From: Ostrea edulis
Lineage: Eukaryota
Assembly (NCBI RefSeq): GCF_947568905.1
Contig: NC_079165.1
Coordinates: forward strand, 21,452,001 to 21,516,000
Reading direction: 5' to 3'
DNA length: 64,000 bases
How positions within the stretch are numbered: the first letter of the stretch is position 1; each line of letters opens with the position of its first letter. Below, piece by piece: positions 57,745 to 64,000 of this stretch. The position numbers and the translations under genes were made by a program. The notes below the pieces were generated by a model. It was not told the DNA's origin. It was given only the letters and a program-made list of their open reading frames with translations, and did no database searches.

Positions 57745-58024
57745 ATGGCGGATGAATTGAGAGGATGCTACACTTTGCATGAAATGTTCACAATTGTTGG
57801 TAGTAGAATGACACAGAAAGATATTAACATATTGAAATATCTTTACAATGGCATTATGCCTCAGAGAATAATAGGTAGGGTGAAGGATGGGGTCGAATTT
57901 TTGCTTGGACTGGAAAAGATGAACAGGGTTGATGAGACCAACTTCAAATACGTGGTTGATTTACTGAGAATGATATCACGACATGATTTACTGCAGTATG
58001 TCACTTTGAGAAAACGTAAACCAG
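57745..58024 (+). CDS. DEDD: Death effector domain-containing protein DEDD, coding exon 1
   Basis: YTLHEMF.IVG..DE.NF..V.DLLR.I.RHDLL.YVTL matches vertebrate DEDD DED; donor G/GTATAT. Confidence 0.93.
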
Positions 58025-58836
58025 GTATATAAAATCTTTTATTTCATACAGTACGGAAATATATGTCATTGTAACCCCTATTCAGTCCTCTGTCTCGTGA
58101 AACGGACGCCTCTGACGTATCGCAATAGTTTAGTCAGCTGGACGAAGTATTAGGTCAGCTGTACGACTACACTATATTATCCTTACTTTGTTCCTTATTT
58201 CCAATGCAACATGAGGTTGTTGGTATCCTTACAAAGGAGCTGTCAAGCCTCGGTGTAATACACCTTTAGATAAAAAGTATATGCCCACAAAAGAATGTTA
58301 CAGATGATATATATTTAAGGAATAAAAGTAATTTTTCTCATTTTCACAATATAAAATAAGTTGGGACGGTTTGTGCATTATAAACTGCAAAGCTGTTCAT
58401 AAAATAGTGTAAACTGTCCCAACTTACTAAACATATTAAAAATAAATCTTATAAAATGTGCAAAAATTAAATTCATTCCTTATAATTTAATTTAGTTTGA
58501 TATTACTTGATGAATAATTATAAAGAATATATTGATTGTCTATGACATGGACCAATATTGCCATAGCAACAAAATGGAAACAGAAAAGCCAAAAACAGAG
58601 ATGACATATAGCAGGAGTAAATGGCAACTTTGTTTATAAATTCGTTATAAAGAGTGTTGAATGTTAATAAAGTCAAATGTGCTAATCAAATTGTGTGTTA
58701 CAGATGATATAAAATTATATGTATATAATTATTAGATAGATATAGTGGTATCATCTTTGTTATTGTAAAACATTGTAAAATAAGGCTTTATTTGAAGCCT
58801 GAAGGTAACATTGGAATTATTTTTGTTCTTATTTAG

Positions 58837-59139
58837 TGTGTCCAGACCCTGTCACAGAATATTTAGAAGAGACATCAAGATTATCAAACATACCGACTTC
58901 TGTACCACAGGAAAGGAAGCGGAAAAGCCTAGATCTGCCATGCCCGAGACATGGCAAACTCCGGAGGCAGTCCCTGCACAGAAAAGCCAAGTCACGGTCT
59001 GGATTAGCCAGTGAACATGTCCAAGGTGAGCCTATCTCCTGCTCAGAGATGGCTGCTTCTTCCTCCAGCAGTTGTGGATCACTTCACGTGGATGACAGTG
59101 ATGCAGATCAGAGGACAAACAAAACAAAGGCTACCTGTG
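58837..59139 (+). CDS. DEDD: DEDD coding exon 2
   Basis: VCPDPVTEYLEETS; phase-1 acceptor and donor. Confidence 0.88.
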
Positions 59140-59425
59140 GTAATAACATGTTTAATTATAAAGGTTTTGTAAGATAGGTATTCAATGCTAGAATTTCAGT
59201 CTGTAAACACAAGGTGTTAATGATTCAAGGTAGATGCAAATAATTGATCAGTCTGTGACTCTCCGTATATCGAGGTGGGGTCTAACACGGAACTCTTTTT
59301 AAAAAAACTTGATTCCGTATTTTCAACAGATATACATGTACATGTAACTTGAGAAATCTAAATTTATGCAGAGTTAGAAATTTCAGAAATTATAAAGGTA
59401 TGATGGCAACTACAAACGTGTGTTA

Positions 59426-60512
59426 GGCCAAAATAAAATATATGCACGTTTCCTTTTTCACTCGCCCAAAAATTAGGCAGGGTATGTAGGTAAAATTATT
59501 TATTTTATTAAAACATTTTATTGAAAATCTTTTCATTCGTTATGCTTTGAATACAGGTCTATACACATTCAGTCTTCACGAAAAACTTTGTTAAGCACAG
59601 GCCCTTCGGGCCTCCCAGTATAATAATTTTGCAAGCCCGAACAATATTTTAATGGCCCAAAATATTTTTTCTGATTTGACCACTTGTCATTTGCAAGGTG
59701 TTGCATGCTGATTCTACACTATAGATACATGTATGTTCTACTGTAGGAAAACACACAACTGACATTAAAAGGATTATCTTATTTTATTTTTCAACATATT
59801 AATCTCGCAGATGACATCAGCAGCTCATGTTCTACTTTGTTTTGTAAACACACATACAGAACATTTTGTTTTCTCCAGAATTAAATCTTAGCAAAGGCCC
59901 ACCCTCGGTCCAATGGGGCATGGATTTTCGTTCTCTTTTCTCCTTGTACGACTGTTTTTTTTTATTTGGATCTGATGGTTGTGATTGCGAAATACGCTTG
60001 TGAGGTTTTGAATTTCATGGATGAGCCCCCTCCCTACACGGGCACTGGAAGTTAATGTAAATATATAGTATGTGCATGTATTTTTTATACATTCACATAC
60101 TATATATTTACATTAACTTCCAGTGCCTGTGCCTCCCTATACTTCAGAAAAGGCAGCATGGTTGATCGTTTTTCGATGCAAAAGTCTGAGTCAATCTCAC
60201 GCTTTATTTGTAATATACAACACATACAATAAAACATTTACAGGCCCGCCGGACTCCTGGGTTAAATATTTTTAGAAGCCCGATCCCGATTTTACTGGCC
60301 ACGGGCATTGGGCCACCAGTTAACGTCGAAGACTGCACATTAGAAATTCTTTTCAAACATTTTGAAGATCAATATTAGTCAAAATGTAAATCAGAGGAAC
60401 TCAAACGCGAAAAGAAAAAAATTATAGTTTGAAAATATTTAGAGTCGACAGCAAAAACGTACACTTAGGTAGGGTAGGAAAATCAGAAACGCACATATAT
60501 TTTATTTTGGCC
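59426..60512. mobile_element. Non-autonomous DNA transposon with GGCCAAAATAAAATATATG TIRs and TTA TSD (Harbinger/Zator-like), containing nested insertions
   Basis: TTA at 59423-59425 and 60513-60515. Confidence 0.75.
60037..60131. mobile_element. 95-bp hairpin MITE with 8-bp TSD CCTCCCTA
   Basis: About 38-bp inverted arms; TSD at 60029-60036 and 60132-60139. Confidence 0.8.
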
Positions 60513-61276
60513 TTAGGATGAACTAACTCCAGTGACCTTGACCAAAATTTGGTCATAATTCAGAACCAGGACCAATAGAGATGTGATCCTGGATAGTGGT
60601 GATTTAATGATGAGGCCGACAAATTTGTATTGACTCTAGTAACCTTGATAAAAACTGTTTTAACTTCCACACCTGGACTGATAGAGACATGGTATTTACA
60701 AGAGTGATGACTAAATCATGAGGCCTTTAAATGGTTATCAAGGTCAAGTGACCCTGTGACCTTGGCATTTGACATTAATCTTAAAATGCTGTATAATCTT
60801 CTGAACATGTAGTGATAAAAACATGGATCTTCAACAATGATGATTGGATCATGAAGCCTACCAACTAGTATCAAGGTCAAGTGACTCCAATGGCCTTGAC
60901 ATTTGACCTTGAGCATAAAAACTTGTATAAATTCAGAACCTGGACTGTAAGAGACATGGGGTCTTCAACAAGGATAATTGGACAAGTCTGTAAAGTAGTG
61001 TCCAGGTCCAGTTACTCCAATGACCTTAACATATGACCTTTTAGTATAACTTCAGAATATGGACATAAGAGACAAGTGATCTTCATCCTAGATGATTAAA
61101 TGATTAGTCCTACATACTGATTTACGCTGCAAACTGGTACATGTATTATAAAGATAACTTGAATAAAAACAGTGTTTTGTTTAAGAGGCGTTATAATCAC
61201 AAATTGGCAAATTATAATCATATTTTGTTATATGTATGCATGCTCAATTTTGATTCTAACCTCTTCTTCTCAACAG

Positions 61277-61531
61277 ATATTCGTCTAAGAGTGAGGGCAG
61301 AGTACAGTGATCATGTGACTGCACTAACAGGAAATGTGAACTCAAATAAACCCACTCAGCTAGAGAGACAGTTTGAAAAATTCATGCAAGCTACAAACAT
61401 TCTGAAATCCAGGGATCTTGGATCCATTGTGTGTGATATAAAATTTACGGAACTAACATACCTGGATGCCTTTTGGAGAGATTATCTTAATGGTTCTTTA
61501 TTAGAGGCCCTCAAGGGGGTGTTTATTACAG
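61277..61531 (+). CDS. DEDD: DEDD coding exon 3
   Basis: DIRLRVRAEY..LERQFEKF..SRDLGSIVCDIKFTELTYLDAFWRDYLNGSLLEALKGVFIT. Confidence 0.95.
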
Positions 61532-62056
61532 GTAGGTGTAGATTGCTCAATGCAAACTGACCTTTAAGTATAGAATTGCAATTTTTTCATTACAGTTTTC
61601 CATGAGTGTCGATAAACATTTTGTATTCTCAATCCTTTTAATGTGGGTGTGGTTACTTTGTTATTATGTTATTGAAATGCAGAGAGATCGTTGGTCAGGA
61701 AGGATCAAGACTTTGCCGGGCCATGATCCTGTATCTTTTGATTAGGGTATCATACTAAAGTTATACAAAGTTAGAAATTGTACTTCACCCATGCAACCCA
61801 TCTGAATTCAAAATTGAATGCGTATAAATTCATCAGTAATATTTGACAGGGTATTTTTTTAATTTGGTTGAAATATTTCTCGATATGTATAATGGCCTGA
61901 AAAAAATACAGGACGAAAATGTCCCTGTATGCAGTGGCAACAATAGTCATAAATATGTGCCTGTAATCATCTGTAAGCAATCTTCTCACTGAATAATATT
62001 GTGATAAGGAAACCTCTACATATAGGCAGTATAGAGTGCATTCATTTGTTCTGCAG

Positions 62057-62178
62057 ACTCATTGAAGGAAGCGGTGGGGAATGAATCCATCAAACTGCTG
62101 GTGAGTGTGGATGAAGATGACTACGAAGCTGGAAGGTTGTTACTTTTGGATAACTTGAAGAAATCACAGCAACAATAA
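62057..62178 (+). CDS. DEDD: DEDD coding exon 4 (spliced product 319 aa)
   Basis: DSLKEAVGNESIKLLVSVDEDDYEAGR..; acceptor ttctgcag; stop TAA 62176-62178. Confidence 0.92.
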
Positions 62179-62209
62179 GATTCTACAAGAACTAGATATT
62201 CCCGATATA

Positions 62210-63449
62210 TTTTTAGCTCATCTGAGCTTTTCTGATCGCCTGCTGTCCGTCTGTCTGTAAACTTTTTACATTTTCGACTTCTCCATAACCAGTGCTCGAG
62301 CTGGGCTTCGCCATTTTCGCCAATGGCGAATTATTTTCAAAAATGGTGAAAAAAAATTGAAAGTGGCGAAACTCCCTTTTTGCAATAAATTGTATTTTAA
62401 ATCCTTTGTCAGTGACGCATTATCGCCTATTTGTTTATGCAGTCAAAATCTGTTTATTCAGTCAACGCGTGCGACTGGAAATCTTGCTTCGCTCCAGTGC
62501 ATACAGAGCTGGTCACAGCCTCAGGTAATTTATGGCTGCAAAAAAGTCGGTGATTATGTAATAAAGTACATCGGACAGCTGTTTACCCTGCTGTGGTCAA
62601 TTGTTTAACATTTAAAGTCTTATTCATTATCGTGTTATCATCTCCACATTAATGTCAATTCTTAACCAGAGAACCGACCGGTAATTAAATTGGCCGTATT
62701 ATTGTGTATAATGTATATATGAATACATCAATTGTTTGTTTTTGCGGCCAAACTCGTTGATTACAAGATTTTGATGTGTTTGATTTTAGTTTGAATATTT
62801 CATAAACAATTATGCGGTCGGTCACTATTGATATGGACATAGCAATTTTAATAAATAATTTTCTTTGAAGTTCGGTGCGCAACAGTATAAAAATGCTAAT
62901 CTCCTAAGACTATGCACCCCATTCTATTTTGACACTAAACTTGTAGCTTCTGACCCTAGTCAGTCTAAAATTAAAAAATAACTATGTTTGGCTTTACAGT
63001 CAACCCCACCTGCTCAAACATCTGATTCTGTCCAAATTGCAAAATCTTCCATATAAAAACGGAAATTCAATAGGGAATGGTTGAGATACGACTTTAAATT
63101 GGGTTTGATGTTTTGTGACATCTGCATTTCGGGCAATGTACACAATGTTTTCACTGAGGGGTGTAGCATCATGAAGTTTATATTTTTATGATTTATTATC
63201 CGAATTTTGATTTCCATAATAGAATTTATCAAACAAATCAACTTCTTATTATTTCAGAAAGAAATGTTTAGGTATGGTAGCTGGATATGATTAAGTAATG
63301 TAACTTATTCAAAATGCTAAAATAAGTGTAATGAATAAAATAATATATAATATGATGGAAATAATTGTAAAGCATGTGATTATTTGTGCCGAGCCACTCC
63401 CCGAAAAAGTGGCGAAAGGGAATTCTGGTCCAGTGGGAGCACTGTCCAT

Positions 63450-63503
<54 letters not shown>

Positions 63504-64000
63504 CTTTCAAATTTGTTCAAATGAAGGGCAATGCCCCCTTCAAAGGGGAGATAATCACAAAAATGCAAAAATAGGTGGAGTCATTTAAAAATCTTCTCAA
63601 GAACCAATGGGCCAGAAAAGCTGAAATTTACATGAAAGCTTCCTGACATGGTGCAGATTCAAGTTTGTTAAAATGATGACCCCTGGGGGTAGGATGGGGC
63701 CACAATAGGGAATCAAAGTTTTAAATACAAATATAAAGGGAAAATCTTCTTCTCAGGAACCACTGGGCCAGAAAAGCTGAAATTTACATGAAAGCTTCCT
63801 TAAATTGTGCAAATTCAAGTTTGTTAAAATCATGACCCATAGGGGTAGGATGGGGCCATAATAGGGGGTCAAATTTTTACATACAAATATATAGGGAAAA
63901 TCTTTAAAAATATCCTTCTCAAGAACCACTGGGCCAGGAAAGTAGATATTTATATGAAAGGTTCCTGATATTGTGCAAATTAAAGTTTGTTATAATCATG
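62210..64000 (-). mobile_element. Helentron/HINE-type element with Cg170-like repeats (runs off window), interrupted by a hAT derivative
   Basis: TTTTAGCTCA end, CTGT microsatellite, repeats reverse-complementary to 2976-3910. Confidence 0.75.
62290..63444 (+). mobile_element. Internally deleted hAT transposon with TTF-type zinc-finger remnant
   Basis: CAGTGCTC...GAGCACTG TIRs, 8-bp TSD TCCATAAC; KRKFNREWLRYD..MFCDIC..FTEGC at about 63057-63180. Confidence 0.85.

Noticed and set aside
60520-61100. About 131-bp degenerate tandem repeats with TCAAGGTCA motifs as a nuclear-receptor enhancer of DEDD
   Set aside because: Typical decayed core repeats of bivalve HINE-like elements; no independent support
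44118-62178. Functional link between host immune/apoptosis genes (C1qDC, DEDD) and the Maverick's anti-apoptotic cargo
   Set aside because: No sequence similarity; 5-18 kb apart; proximity is most simply chance in a C1qDC-rich genome

Overview
AT-rich, repeat-dense animal genomic DNA, most likely an oyster (ostreid bivalve), judged from Cg170-like satellite cores and typical oyster SINE/PLE repeats. The dominant feature is a complete, apparently very young 20,096-bp Maverick/Polinton (adintovirus-like endogenous dsDNA virus) at 19104-39199. It has 356-bp terminal inverted repeats, AGTAGT...ACTACT ends and a 6-bp TSD (ACTGTA). Its right two-thirds carry the core genes: protein-primed PolB, packaging ATPase, rve integrase with chromodomain, penton (one in-frame TAG), major capsid protein, adenain protease and basic core proteins, plus a BIR-RING IAP. 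Its left arm is an accessory region that reads like a host-manipulation cassette: a Gag-like double zinc-knuckle protein, a catalytically dead CRESS-virus Rep (HUH)-like domain, a mini BAK-like Bcl-2 protein followed by three derived paralogues, a DP71L/ICP34.5/GADD34-type PP1 adaptor, a Pro-rich RING protein and a Cys/Trp-repeat protein. Host genes are two tandem C1q-domain genes (minus strand) and a four-exon DEDD (plus strand). The rest is minisatellites, SINEs, Penelope/RTE fragments and nested non-autonomous DNA transposons. All homology calls were made by eye from motifs; no searches were run.
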